A DNA stretch of 64,000 nucleotides from an uncultured Candidatus Rokubacteria bacterium (GCA_963749975.1 CAVVOZ010000031.1:1270-65269); one strand, 5' to 3'. Positions 29,853 to 41,790 are shown, numbered from the stretch's first letter. The notes: generated by a model not told the origin, from the sequence alone. Numbers and translations: made by a program.

Positions 29853-31556
29853 TCAGTCGGCGAACGTCACGCGGAGGACCTCATCGATCGTGGTCAGCCC
29901 GTTCGCCACCTTCCGGAGCCCGGTCTGACGCAGGGTCCGCATCCCGGCCTTCACCGCGATGTCCTTGAGCTCGTTGGCGGGCCGCTGGCGGACGATGGCT
30001 TCCTGGAGCTCCGGAATCATCCACATGATCTCGTGGATGGAGATCCGGCCCTTGTACCCGGTGTTGGCGCAGGTGGCACATCCCTTCCCCGCATAGACGC
30101 GCACGCCCTCGGCCTCCTCGGGACGGAACCCGATGTCGATCAAGGCGGACACCGGCACCTGGACGGGCTCGCGGCACTCGAGGCAGGTCCGGCGCACCAG
30201 GCGCTGCGCGATGACCAGGAGCAGCGACGAGGAGATCAGGAAGGGCGGGATGCCCATGTCCTGGAGCCGCGTGACCGTGCTGGGGGCGTCGTTGGTGTGC
30301 AGCGTGGAGAACACCAGATGCCCGGTGAGGGCGGCGCGGATCGCGATCTGCGCCGTCTCCAGGTCGCGCATCTCGCCGACCAGGATCACGTCCGGGTCCT
30401 GCCGCAGGAACGCCCGCAGGGCGGCGGAGAAGTTGTAGCCGATGTCCTCGCGCACGAGCACCTGATTGACCCCGGCGATGCTGAACTCGACGGGATCCTC
30501 CGCCGTGATGATGTTGATGTCGGGGTTGTTGATGGTCGCGATGGCCGCGTAGAGCGTCGTGCTCTTGCCGCTGCCGGTGGGCCCCGTGCACAGGATCATG
30601 CCGTAGGGCGTCGTGATGGTCTTCTTGAACCGATTGAGGTCGTCCTCCTCGAACCCGAGGCGGGTGAGGTCGAGGACGACGCTCCCCTTGTCCAGGACCC
30701 GCATGACGATCTTCTCGCCGAAGGTCGTGGGGAGCGACGAGACGCGCAGGTCGATCTCGCGGTTCTGGAACTTCACGGACAGCCGGCCGTCCTGCGGCAG
30801 GCGCCGCTCCGCGATGTCCAGGTTCGACATGATCTTGACCCGCGACAGGATGGCCGGCTCCATCTGCTTGGGCGGGTTCATCATGTCGTGGAGCACGCCG
30901 TCGATCCGGTACCGGACGCGGAAGACCTTCTCGTACGGCTCCAGATGGATGTCCGAGGCCCGCTTCCGGATGGCATCGGCGATGATCAGGTTGACGAAGC
31001 GGATCGTCGGGGCCTCTTCGGCCTCCCGCCCCAGCTCCGCGATGTCGACCTTCGCGCCCTTGTCCACCAGCTCGAGGTTGGTGTCGATGCCGCTGGACTC
31101 CTGGTCGATGAGCTTCTTGATGTCGTCGACACCCGAGCTGTAGTTGTGGTCGATCGCGCCCCGGATGGCGCTCTCGGCCGCCAGCACGGGGATGACGTGG
31201 AGCCCGGTGGCGAACTGCACGTCGTCGATCGCGAGCACCACGGTCGGGTCCGACAGGGCGAGCGTCAGCGTGTTCCCGACCTTCCGGACGGGGAACACCT
31301 GGTACTTCTGGACGATCTCCTTGCGGACGAGCCGCAGGATGTCGGGGTCGGCCTCCACGCGGCCGAGGTTGATCACCGGGATGCCGTACTTCCGGCTGAG
31401 GAAGTCGAGCAGCTCGTCCTCGGTGATGAAGGCGAGCCGCGTCAGGACCGTCGCCAGCCGCTCCCCCGACCGCCGCTGGTCGGTCACGGCCTTCTGCGCC
31501 TGATCCGGGGTGAGCAGGTTCTCCTTGACCAGCAGATCGAGCAGCCGCGGGTTCAC
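29853..31556 (-). CDS. pilB: Type IV pilus extension ATPase PilB (GspE family)
   Basis: 567 aa; GPTGSGKSTTL Walker A, tetracysteine motif CLECR…CATC. Confidence 0.95.
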   Translation of the reverse strand: MNPRLLDLLVKENLLTPDQAQKAVTDQRRSGERLATVLTRLAFITEDELLDFLSRKYGIPVINLGRVEADPDILRLVRKEIVQKYQVFPVRKVGNTLTLALSDPTVVLAIDDVQFATGLHVIPVLAAESAIRGAIDHNYSSGVDDIKKLIDQESSGIDTNLELVDKGAKVDIAELGREAEEAPTIRFVNLIIADAIRKRASDIHLEPYEKVFRVRYRIDGVLHDMMNPPKQMEPAILSRVKIMSNLDIAERRLPQDGRLSVKFQNREIDLRVSSLPTTFGEKIVMRVLDKGSVVLDLTRLGFEEDDLNRFKKTITTPYGMILCTGPTGSGKSTTLYAAIATINNPDINIITAEDPVEFSIAGVNQVLVREDIGYNFSAALRAFLRQDPDVILVGEMRDLETAQIAIRAALTGHLVFSTLHTNDAPSTVTRLQDMGIPPFLISSSLLLVIAQRLVRRTCLECREPVQVPVSALIDIGFRPEEAEGVRVYAGKGCATCANTGYKGRISIHEIMWMIPELQEAIVRQRPANELKDIAVKAGMRTLRQTGLRKVANGLTTIDEVLRVTFAD

Positions 31557-31584
31557 GATGGTGTGTCCTGTCGACCGAGCGCGC

Positions 31585-31956
31585 TCACGCTTCCGCCTTC
31601 CGGCCCAGCGTCTCGTTGACCAGCTCGATGAAGCGATCGAGCCCCGAGCCTTTTTCGAAGAAGGAGACTGCCTTGTGGTGCGCGACCTTCCTGGCGAGGG
31701 AATCCCCCACGAGCCCCGTGATCAGAATCACGGGCAGGTCGCCACTCGTGCGCCGGATCGCGTCCAGCACGACCAGACCGTCCATGTCGGGCATCATGAT
31801 GTCGAGCACCGCCAGCTCGGGAGGAGACTCCTCGAACTTCCGGAGGGCTTCCTGGCCGGAAGTCGCCCGGATCACTTGATGGCCCTCGAGTGTCAGGATG
31901 TCATCGAGGACATCCAGAACAGCCGGGGCGTCGTCGGCAACGAGGATGCGTGCCAT
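31585..31956 (-). CDS. Single-domain response regulator (REC only)
   Basis: VADD…DIMMPDMDG…K pattern, 123 aa. Confidence 0.85.
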   Translation of the reverse strand: MARILVADDAPAVLDVLDDILTLEGHQVIRATSGQEALRKFEESPPELAVLDIMMPDMDGLVVLDAIRRTSGDLPVILITGLVGDSLARKVAHHKAVSFFEKGSGLDRFIELVNETLGRKAEA

Positions 31957-32071
31957 CTCAGGTTTGGATGGGTGGATTCTGGCAGCCTCGAGGCCAAAAC
32001 GAGCAAATGTTTGTCATCGGCGGCCAATAGGAGCAAAGGCCGTACCAGCCGAGGCTGCTCGGCTGGCGCGG

Positions 32072-32617
32072 TCAGCTCGCCCGCCGTGCCTTCGCCACTC
32101 CTAGCAAAGAGCCAAACGCCTGATAAGTGTCCTCTTGGAACAGAACCAGGTGGATCCGCCGGATACTGGACTCCGCCACCTCCGCGAAGTGGGACCGGAG
32201 CGCGCCCACCATGGCATCCGCCGAGTCCTTGGGCGCCAGCCGCCCGACCCCGGTGCCGAACGCGGGGAACGCGATGCTGTGGAGTCGAAGCTCCTCGGCG
32301 CGCCGGAGGGAGTTGAGCGTCGCCCGCCGCACGAGGTCGGCGCTCGACCGGAGGTCGACTCCCATGACCGCGGCGTGGATCACGTAATTCGCGGGCAGGT
32401 TGCCGGCCGTGGTCACGACCGCATCCCCGCCCTCGACGGGACCCTGGCGGGCCGCTTCCTCCTCGACGATCGTCCCGCCCTTTCGCTTGATCGCCGAGGC
32501 AACGCCCGTGCCCATGGAGAGGTCGCTGTTGGCGGCGTTGACGATGGCATCGACCTCGTACTCGGTGATGTCACCGCGCTCGAGATAGATGTCGGCTGGG
32601 CCCACCCGAACCCTCAT
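32072..32617 (-). CDS. Macro-domain protein (ADP-ribose / O-acetyl-ADP-ribose processing)
   Basis: AIVNAANSDL…GGTIVEE…NYVIHAAV… pattern in the C-terminal part of ORF 32072..33052. Confidence 0.75.
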   Translation of the reverse strand: MRVRVGPADIYLERGDITEYEVDAIVNAANSDLSMGTGVASAIKRKGGTIVEEEAARQGPVEGGDAVVTTAGNLPANYVIHAAVMGVDLRSSADLVRRATLNSLRRAEELRLHSIAFPAFGTGVGRLAPKDSADAMVGALRSHFAEVAESSIRRIHLVLFQEDTYQAFGSLLGVAKARRAS

Positions 32618-32639
32618 CGCAGTCTCCCCTTGCTCCTGC

Positions 32640-33440
32640 TCAGGCCGGTCTTTCCAGGGACTTCGCCCGGGACCAGAGCTGTTCCAGCTCGTCGAGGGAC
32701 AGGCCGGCCAGCTCCCGGCCCTCGCCCCGGGCGGTTTCTTCCATCGACGCGAAGCGCCGGCTGAACCGATCGACGGCCACCTGCAGCGCGCCTTCGGGAT
32801 CCACGCTCGCGAGCCGGGCCACGTTGACGACGGAGAAGAGAAGGTCCCCCAGCTCCTCCCGGAGGGCCTCTCCGCCGCCCTGGTGCAGCGCCTCGGTGAC
32901 CTCCCCGAGCTCCTCGCGGACCTTCTCCAGCGCCCCCGCGGCGTCGGCCCAGTCGAAGCCGACGCGCGCGGCCTTGTGCTGGACGCGCTGGGCGCGGTGG
33001 AGCGCCGGCAGCGCGCGCGGCACGCCCGCGAGCGCCGACCGCGGCGATCCATGGCTCTCCGAGTCCTTGATGGCTTCCCACTGGGCCAGCGCCTCCCGAG
33101 CGGAGCCGACCGGACGATCCCCGAAGACGTGCGGATGCCGGCGTGTCATCTTGGCGACAAGGGCTTCGAGGAGATCGGCCATCGAGAACTCTCCCCGCTC
33201 GCGAGCGATCTCCGCGTGAAAGACGACCTGGAACAGCAGATCGCCCAGCTCTTCGCGGATGTGCCGCGGGTCGCCAGTGTCGAGGGCGTCCAGGACCTCG
33301 TACGTCTCCTCGACGAGGAATGGGCGGAGGGAATCGCGGGTCTGCTCTCGGTCCCAGGGGCAGCCGCCGTCGCCACGCAGGCGGGTCATCATCGTCAACA
33401 ACTCGACGAAACGCTGGCCGGCGTCCGGGCTCGACATCGG
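32640..33440 (-). CDS. mazG: MazG-family nucleoside triphosphate pyrophosphohydrolase
   Basis: Duplicated EExxE(A/V)xD…EELGDLLF motifs in the C-terminal ~265 aa of ORF 32640..33908. Confidence 0.8.
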   Translation of the reverse strand, partial: PMSSPDAGQRFVELLTMMTRLRGDGGCPWDREQTRDSLRPFLVEETYEVLDALDTGDPRHIREELGDLLFQVVFHAEIARERGEFSMADLLEALVAKMTRRHPHVFGDRPVGSAREALAQWEAIKDSESHGSPRSALAGVPRALPALHRAQRVQHKAARVGFDWADAAGALEKVREELGEVTEALHQGGGEALREELGDLLFSVVNVARLASVDPEGALQVAVDRFSRRFASMEETARGEGRELAGLSLDELEQLWSRAKSLERPA

Positions 33441-33617
33441 GGGGCCTTCTGCAGGCTCGTCAACACGCGATCCCCGCAGGGCGCGGCCAGTATAGCATGG
33501 GCGTCTCTCTGCCCCTGGCGGCTTGTCCGCGCTGGCCCGGTGTGCTAGCGTCACGGTACTTCCGCGGGCTCGGCCCCGAGCCCCGCACCCGAGTCCGGCA
33601 CCCGAGGAGGAGCATCC

Positions 33618-34073
33618 GTGTCCGAGCGCGAGCCCGAACCTGGCTTCAGTGTGGTGGACCGTCGCCGGCGAGGCGAGGAGGACGAGGCGCCGCCGTCCCG
33701 GCCCGCGCCATCGCCCCCATCGCCAATAGTGGAACCCCCGCGGTCGCCGGCGCCGCCAGCTCAGTCGGCCATCGTCGGACCCGGCCCGGCCGCTGGCGGG
33801 CCGGCCGGCGCCCCCAAGGCCGATCTGACGGCGCTCCTGGTCATGCTCTACAGCGATGCCATGGCCAACCTCGGTCAGGCTCCCGATCCGACGACCGGGC
33901 GGCCACACGTGGATCTCGACCAGGCGCGCTTCGCGATCGACCTCCTGGCGATGCTGCAGGAGAAGACTCGGAGCAACCGGACGCCCGACGAGAGCGCCGT
34001 CCTGGAGGAGATGCTGTCCACCCTCCGGATGGGCTACGTGCAGCTCAGTCAGGGGCGGCGCGGGAACCGCTGA
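33618..34073 (+). CDS. DUF1844-like small protein
   Basis: GTG start with a GAGGAGG RBS; conserved C-terminal block LTALLVMLYSDAMANLG…FAIDLLAMLQEKT. Confidence 0.6.
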   Translation: MSEREPEPGFSVVDRRRRGEEDEAPPSRPAPSPPSPIVEPPRSPAPPAQSAIVGPGPAAGGPAGAPKADLTALLVMLYSDAMANLGQAPDPTTGRPHVDLDQARFAIDLLAMLQEKTRSNRTPDESAVLEEMLSTLRMGYVQLSQGRRGNR

Positions 34074-34085
34074 GCCCGGTGACGT

Positions 34086-34742
34086 CTAGCCCGGGGAGGC
34101 TCGGCTCGCCCCGGGGCGCCGGGTGTGGATGACGAGTCGCCCTGGCTCGATGTCGACCCGGTCGACGACCCGCGGCATCCGCCAGACCAGCGCCGGCGGG
34201 CGGCCCCCCACCACTCGCCACAGCAGCGCCAACGGCACCGCCTGACGCCCGATCGTCCCGGCGTGGGCCCGGAACTCCGTCCGGCCCCCGGCTGACACCA
34301 CGATCCGGCCCCGCGCGGCGACCCAGATGGGGTGCCCGCCGACCGGCCCGGGCACCAGACCTCCCAGCCCCGATCCCACCGCCGACGTGATCAGCTGCGT
34401 GAGGGTCGTGGCGCCGCCCAGCTCGACCCCATCCGGCTCGATCTGGACCCGGACCGGCCAGACCGGAGCATCCCGTATCTGCACATGCTCGAGCAGGAAC
34501 GCGTTGACCTCGGCGGCCGTCAGAACGAGGGGATCCTGGCGGGAGCTCAGGCCCGCCTCCCGGAGCAGGAGCTGGGCTAGGACGCTCTGAACGCGAAGGC
34601 CCGCCTGGGGGTCGGAGGCAGGGCGGCCGGCCTCGCTCGGCCAGGCGAGGGTCCGGACCAGGACGAGCCCCCCGCCCACTCCGACGAGCAGGGCTCCCAG
34701 GACGAGGATCAGCAGCCCCCGCCGGGGGCCGAGTCGGTCCAT
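34086..34742 (-). CDS. Hypothetical membrane-anchored protein
   Basis: ORF 34086..34787 with an N-terminal TM helix; no family recognised. Confidence 0.4.
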   Translation of the reverse strand: MDRLGPRRGLLILVLGALLVGVGGGLVLVRTLAWPSEAGRPASDPQAGLRVQSVLAQLLLREAGLSSRQDPLVLTAAEVNAFLLEHVQIRDAPVWPVRVQIEPDGVELGGATTLTQLITSAVGSGLGGLVPGPVGGHPIWVAARGRIVVSAGGRTEFRAHAGTIGRQAVPLALLWRVVGGRPPALVWRMPRVVDRVDIEPGRLVIHTRRPGASRASPG

Positions 34743-34779
34743 GGCCGTCACCATACGGGCTCCATCGGCCATGGGCAAG

Positions 34780-34808
34780 CTTGACAACAGTCATATCAGC
34801 TTGTATAT
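34780..34808 (+). promoter_or_regulatory. Sigma70-type promoter TTGACA-N17-TATATG upstream of hsp20/dnaK
   Basis: Read directly from the sequence; it lies 39 nt upstream of the hsp20 ATG, and a GGAGGA RBS follows. Confidence 0.45.
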
Positions 34809-34846
34809 GAACTAGCGACTCAATCACCTTCTGGAGGACGGCTTCC

Positions 34847-35299
34847 ATGGATCGATGGCGGATTCAGCGGTTCGATCCCTTCCGTCAGCTGACGGACATC
34901 GAGACCGAGATCAACCGGGCCTTCGACGCCTACTTCGGCGTCCGGCCCCGGGCCGGATCGCCCGAGCGCGCCTGGGCTCCCCCGATCGACGTCTACGAGA
35001 CCCGCGACGACCTCGTCGTGGCGGTCGAGCTCCCCGGGACGCGGGAGAAGGACATCCACCTCTCCATGACCGGCGACGTCCTGAGCCTCCGCGGGCAGCG
35101 CGGCATCGCGGCGGAGGCTCGCGAGGAGAACTACCACCGGATCGAGCGCTGGTCCGGCACGTTCGAGCGTCACGTCCAGCTGCCGATCCCCGTCCAGGCG
35201 GACAAGATCCGGGCCAGCTACCGCGACGGCGTCCTCGAGATCCGGCTCCCGAAGCTGGACGAGGTCAAGCCGCGCGAGATCAAGATCGAGGTCGGCTAG
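34847..35299 (+). CDS. Small heat-shock protein (Hsp20/alpha-crystallin)
   Basis: 150 aa; alpha-crystallin domain with a C-terminal I-x-I-like motif. Confidence 0.9.
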   Translation: MDRWRIQRFDPFRQLTDIETEINRAFDAYFGVRPRAGSPERAWAPPIDVYETRDDLVVAVELPGTREKDIHLSMTGDVLSLRGQRGIAAEAREENYHRIERWSGTFERHVQLPIPVQADKIRASYRDGVLEIRLPKLDEVKPREIKIEVG

Positions 35300-35356
35300 G
35301 AAGGAACCAACGGGGGCCCGGCGGGGCGCGCCCGACATTCAAGGAGACAACAAGCA

Positions 35357-37273
<1,917 letters not shown>

Positions 37274-37309
37274 CGACAGCCGGGCGAGCGCGCGGACGAG
37301 GGATCAGCG

Positions 37310-38350
37310 GTGAGCAAGCGCGACTACTACGAGGTGCTCGGGGTCTCGCGAGAGGCCCCGGTCTCGGAGATCCGCCGGGCCTACCGGCGGCTCGCCCGGC
37401 GCTATTCACCGGACGTGAATCTGTGGGACGGGCGGGCCGAATCGCTGTTCGAGGAGATCCGGGAGGCGTACCGCGTGGTCGGCGATCCGACGGCGCGCCC
37501 CCTCTACGACCGGCTCGGGCACCAGGCCTTCGAGCCGGCCCGAGACGGACCGGGTGTCGGCCCCGCCCCGCGCGGCGAGGACATTCACTACGCGATGGAG
37601 CTCGAGCTCGACGAGGCGCTCCGAGGCGTGCGGGTCGAGATCGAGGTCACCCGACTGGAGCCGTGTGAGGCCTGTGGCGGGTCCGGGGGCAGCGGCGGCC
37701 AGGCGGCGGAGCACTGCCCCGCATGCCAGGGGCGCCCCGTCCGCGTCACTCTCCACCGGGACCGGCCGGTGGCCACCCGGTGCGGGGCTTGCGGCGGCAC
37801 GGGCTGGCGCCTGCCGCCGCCCTGCCCCGGCTGTGGCGGCCGGGGCACGCGAGCCCGGCCGTGCCGGATCGAGGTGACGATCCCGCCGGGCGTCGACACG
37901 GGGGCCCAGGTGCACGCCGTCGGGGAGGGCCACGCCGCCCCGGCCCCGGGGCGCCGGGGCGACCTGATCGTCATCACGCGCGTGAGACCGCACCCGCTCT
38001 TCAGCCGGAAGGGCGATCACCTCCATTGCGAGGTGCCCCTCACGGTGCCCGAGGCGGCCCTCGGGACGCGGATCCAGATCCCCACGCCCGACGGGCCGGT
38101 CGTGGTGCGGATCCCGGCCGGGACCCAGACGGGCCAGACGTTGCGGATTCGCGGGAAGGGCTGCCCCCGGCTGGACCGCGAGGGGCGGGGCGATCTCCTC
38201 GTGGAGACGCGGGTCGTGATCCCGCGAAATCCCGATCCGGCGCTGGAGGAGGTGCTGCAGGCGCTGCGGCGGCTCCTCCCCGAGAATCCGCGGGCGGAGC
38301 TCTGGGGGCCCCCGGGCCGGCGGGGCGCCCGTGCGGAGGGCGCGCGTTGA
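37310..38350 (+). CDS. dnaJ: DnaJ/CbpA-type J-domain co-chaperone with a Cys-rich zinc finger
   Basis: The J-domain HPD tripeptide appears as SPD (RYSPDVN); CxxCxGxG repeats; C-terminal substrate-binding domains. Confidence 0.9.
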   Translation: MSKRDYYEVLGVSREAPVSEIRRAYRRLARRYSPDVNLWDGRAESLFEEIREAYRVVGDPTARPLYDRLGHQAFEPARDGPGVGPAPRGEDIHYAMELELDEALRGVRVEIEVTRLEPCEACGGSGGSGGQAAEHCPACQGRPVRVTLHRDRPVATRCGACGGTGWRLPPPCPGCGGRGTRARPCRIEVTIPPGVDTGAQVHAVGEGHAAPAPGRRGDLIVITRVRPHPLFSRKGDHLHCEVPLTVPEAALGTRIQIPTPDGPVVVRIPAGTQTGQTLRIRGKGCPRLDREGRGDLLVETRVVIPRNPDPALEEVLQALRRLLPENPRAELWGPPGRRGARAEGAR

Positions 38351-38733
38351 GCGATCGCGGGCGGCCCCTGTACCGCATCAGCGTGGTCGCCGAGATGCTG
38401 GCGCTCCATCCGCAGACGCTCCGGCTCTACGAGAAGAAGGGCCTCATCCGGCCCAGCCGGACGACGGGGCGGACCCGCGTCTATTCCGCGGAGGACGTGG
38501 AGGAGATCCGGCTGATCCTGCGGCTCGGGCGAGAGCTCGGCGTGAATCTTGCCGGGATCGAGATCATCTTAAAGATGCGGCGCCAGATGCAGGCGATGCA
38601 GCAAGAGCTGGAGGCAGCGGCCTCCCCCCTGCGCCACGAACCCGGCAGCCCCGTCCCTGACGGAGCGGCCGCGGCGCGCGGCGGCCTGGTCCGGGTCGCG
38701 GACCGGCAACTTCGCAAACTCGATGTCTGCTAG
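38347..38733 (+). CDS. hspR: MerR-family heat-shock repressor HspR
   Basis: TTG start overlapping the dnaJ stop (TTGA); MerR HTH YRISVVAEMLALHPQTLRLYEKKGLIRP. Confidence 0.75.
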   Translation: MSDRGRPLYRISVVAEMLALHPQTLRLYEKKGLIRPSRTTGRTRVYSAEDVEEIRLILRLGRELGVNLAGIEIILKMRRQMQAMQQELEAAASPLRHEPGSPVPDGAAAARGGLVRVADRQLRKLDVC

Positions 38734-38745
38734 ACGGGAGCGAGA

Positions 38746-39186
38746 ATGGCACGTTCACGATCGAGCAAGCGACCCGCCAACGTGCAGGCGGAGCTGAAGG
38801 CGCTGCTCCTGCAGAAACGCGCCGACCTCGTGGCGAAGCTCCGAGAGGAGCGCGAGGGTCGCATCGAGGCGACGGCGCGCCGCGAGAAGGTCGAGGGCAT
38901 GCCGTTCGGCGACCGCCCCGCTCTGTCGCCCGACGACGAGATGGGCTTTGCGGTGGCCGACCGGCGGGCCGGCATGCTCGCGCAGGTGGATCTGGCCCTC
39001 AAGAAGATGGACGAAGGAAGCTACGGGCGCTGCGAGGCGTGCGAGGAGGAGATCGCCCCGGCCCGGCTGCGGGCCCATCCCTTCGCGGTTCGCTGCACGC
39101 GGTGCCAGGAGATATGGGAGCGCGACCAGTCGCGCGCGGAGGCGGGAGGAGCCCGGAGTCGGGCGATCCCCGAAGAGACCACATGA
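38746..39186 (+). CDS. DksA/TraR-family C4 zinc-finger protein
   Basis: CEACEEEI…C.RCQ four-cysteine finger and coiled coil; its stop overlaps the lon ATG (ATGA). Confidence 0.8.
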   Translation: MARSRSSKRPANVQAELKALLLQKRADLVAKLREEREGRIEATARREKVEGMPFGDRPALSPDDEMGFAVADRRAGMLAQVDLALKKMDEGSYGRCEACEEEIAPARLRAHPFAVRCTRCQEIWERDQSRAEAGGARSRAIPEETT

Positions 39187-41723
39187 CCGAACAGGGCATC
39201 ACAGACCGAAGGCTGTCCCATGACCCGAACAATCCTGGTGCGGATCGAGGAAGCGCAGTGAGCGACAACGACATCCGAATCGAAACGAGCCCGGCCGGCC
39301 CGGGCCCGGCGAACGCCGTCCGTCCTGACGGCGAGAAGCCGGACGAGCTCGCCATCCTGCCGCTCCGGGAATCCGTGCTCTTCCCGCAGGCGGTCATCCC
39401 GCTGGCGGTCGCGCGGCCGTCGTCCGTGCGCGCGGTGGACGAGGCCGTCCTCGGCCACCGGCTGATCGGCGTCCTGACCCAGCACGACGCCGCGCAGGAG
39501 GCGCCCGCCCCCCACGACCTTCACCGGACGGGCACGGTCGCGATGATCCACCGGATGCTCAAGCAGTCCGACGGCACGATCCGCCTGGTCGTCCAGGGAC
39601 TCGAGCGGTTCCGGGTGGTGGAATTCACGCAGACCACGCCGCACCTCCGGGCCCGGATCGAGCGCGTGCCGGACATCATGCCGGCGGCCGACGACCTGGA
39701 AGCCCAGGCGCTCGGGCGCCAGGCCCACACGCTCTTCGAGCGCATCGTCGAGCTGTCCCCGGCGCTGTCCGACGATCTCCTGCCCCTCGTCTCCGGAGCC
39801 GGCGACGCGGGCCGGATGATCGACCTCATCGCCGCCACCCTGCCCTCCTTGACCACGGTCGAGCGCCAGACGCTCCTCGAGACGCCCGACGTCAAGGCGC
39901 GGCTCAAGACGCTGGTCGAGTCGCTCACGAAGGAGGCGGAGGTCCTCGAGCTCGGGTCGAAGATCCACTCGCAGATCCAGAGCGAGATGACCAAGACCCA
40001 GCGGGAGTACTACCTGCGGGAGCAGCTGAAGGCGATCCAGAAGGAGCTCGGCGAGGGCGACGACCGGGGTCAGGAGCTGACCGAGCTTCGCGAGAAGATC
40101 GAGGCGGCCGGCATGTCCGAGGAGGCGCACCGGGAGGCCATCCGCGAGCTCGACCGGCTCACGAAGATGCCGCCGGCGGCCGCCGAGTACTCGGTCGCCC
40201 GGACGTATCTCGAGTGGCTCACGGCGCTGCCGTGGCGCAAGGAGACGCCGGACGACATCGACCTGGTCCGCGCCCGCGCGGTGCTCGACGAGGATCACTG
40301 GGGGCTCGGCAAGATCAAGGAGCGGCTCCTCGAGCACCTCGCGGTCCGGAAGATCCGGCCCGAGGGCAAGTCGCCGATCCTCTGCTTCGTGGGCCCCCCC
40401 GGCGTGGGCAAGACGTCGCTCGGCCGGTCGATCGCGCGCGCGCTCGGGCGGAAGTTCCACCGGATCGCGCTCGGCGGGATGCGGGACGAGGCCGAGATCC
40501 GCGGTCACCGGCGGACGTACATCGGCGCTCTGCCCGGGCAGATCGTCCAGGGACTGCGGCGGGCCGAGTCCAAGAACCCCGTGTTCATGCTGGACGAGAT
40601 CGACAAGCTCGGCTTCGACTTCCGCGGGGACCCGGCCTCGGCGCTCCTCGAGGTGCTCGACCCGGAGCAGAACTCGACGTTCCGGGACCACTACCTCGAC
40701 GTGCCCTTCGATCTCTCGCGGGTCCTGTTCATCACCACCGCGAACATGCTCGATCCGGTTCCGGCGCCGCTCCGCGACCGGATGGAGATCATCGAGCTGC
40801 CCGGGTACACCGAGGACGAGAAGGTCGAGATCGCCCGGCGCCACCTCGCGCCGAAGCAGGCCGCCGAGCACGGGCTCGGGCTCGACGGGGACATCACGTT
40901 CACGGAGCCGGCGCTCCGGCTCCTCGTCCGGAGCTACACGCGCGAGGCCGGCGTGCGGAGCCTCGAGCGGGAGATCGCCGCGCTCTGCCGGAAGGTCGCG
41001 CGGCGGCGCGCCGAGGGCGACGTCCAGCCGGTGACCGTGGATCCCGAGCGCGTGATGGCGCTCCTCGGGTCGCCCCGCTTCCTCCTCGAGGAGGAGATCG
41101 CCGAGCGCACCCGCACCCCCGGCGTGGCCGTGGGGCTCGCGTGGACGCCGGCCGGCGGAGACGTCCTCTTCGTCGAGGCCTCGAGGATGGCCGGGGGCAA
41201 GTCACTCACGCTGACGGGCCAGCTGGGCGACGTGATGAAGGAGTCCGCCCAGGCCGCGGTCTCGTGGGTGCGGGCTCACGCGGCCGAGCTCGGCATCGCC
41301 CCGGACTTCTGGATGCGCTCCGACCTCCATCTCCACGTTCCGGCCGGCGCCATCCCGAAGGACGGCCCGTCGGCGGGCGTGACGCTGGCCACGGCGCTGG
41401 TCTCCCTGCTCCGGGGCCAGTCGATCCGGCCGGGGCTGGCGATGACCGGGGAGATCACGCTGTCCGGCCGGGTCCTCCCGGTCGGCGGCATCAAGGAGAA
41501 GGTCCTGGCCGCCCATCGGTCCGGGCTCACGACCTTGATCCTGCCCCGGCAGAACGAGCGCCAGCTCCTCGAGGACGTCCCGGCGGAGGTCCGGGCGCAG
41601 CTCGAGGTCCATCTGGTCAGGGACGTGGCCGAGGTCTTGCACATTGCTCTGCCCGATGCGTCGCGCTGGAGCCCCCTCGACGGGGAACTGGAGCTGGAGC
41701 TGGTCGGGAAAGGTACGTCCTGA
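39183..41723 (+). CDS. lon: ATP-dependent Lon protease
   Basis: LON N domain, GPPGVGKTS Walker A, catalytic S/K dyad region PKDGPSAGVT. Confidence 0.95.
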   Translation: MTEQGITDRRLSHDPNNPGADRGSAVSDNDIRIETSPAGPGPANAVRPDGEKPDELAILPLRESVLFPQAVIPLAVARPSSVRAVDEAVLGHRLIGVLTQHDAAQEAPAPHDLHRTGTVAMIHRMLKQSDGTIRLVVQGLERFRVVEFTQTTPHLRARIERVPDIMPAADDLEAQALGRQAHTLFERIVELSPALSDDLLPLVSGAGDAGRMIDLIAATLPSLTTVERQTLLETPDVKARLKTLVESLTKEAEVLELGSKIHSQIQSEMTKTQREYYLREQLKAIQKELGEGDDRGQELTELREKIEAAGMSEEAHREAIRELDRLTKMPPAAAEYSVARTYLEWLTALPWRKETPDDIDLVRARAVLDEDHWGLGKIKERLLEHLAVRKIRPEGKSPILCFVGPPGVGKTSLGRSIARALGRKFHRIALGGMRDEAEIRGHRRTYIGALPGQIVQGLRRAESKNPVFMLDEIDKLGFDFRGDPASALLEVLDPEQNSTFRDHYLDVPFDLSRVLFITTANMLDPVPAPLRDRMEIIELPGYTEDEKVEIARRHLAPKQAAEHGLGLDGDITFTEPALRLLVRSYTREAGVRSLEREIAALCRKVARRRAEGDVQPVTVDPERVMALLGSPRFLLEEEIAERTRTPGVAVGLAWTPAGGDVLFVEASRMAGGKSLTLTGQLGDVMKESAQAAVSWVRAHAAELGIAPDFWMRSDLHLHVPAGAIPKDGPSAGVTLATALVSLLRGQSIRPGLAMTGEITLSGRVLPVGGIKEKVLAAHRSGLTTLILPRQNERQLLEDVPAEVRAQLEVHLVRDVAEVLHIALPDASRWSPLDGELELELVGKGTS

Positions 41724-41790
41724 CGGGCAGATCGGCGTTGGATTGACAGGCCGGAGGCGGCTCCGTAGACTGGCCCCCGGTTCAGCGCCC

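Noticed and set aside
27658-29928. 756-aa plus-strand ORF
   Set aside because: Antisense to pilC and pilT, whose products are unambiguous; composition is biased.
34775-34825. HspR HAIR operator upstream of hsp20
   Set aside because: Only direct AGCTTG repeats and an ACTCAA half-site; no CTTGAGT-N7-ACTCAAG inverted repeat.
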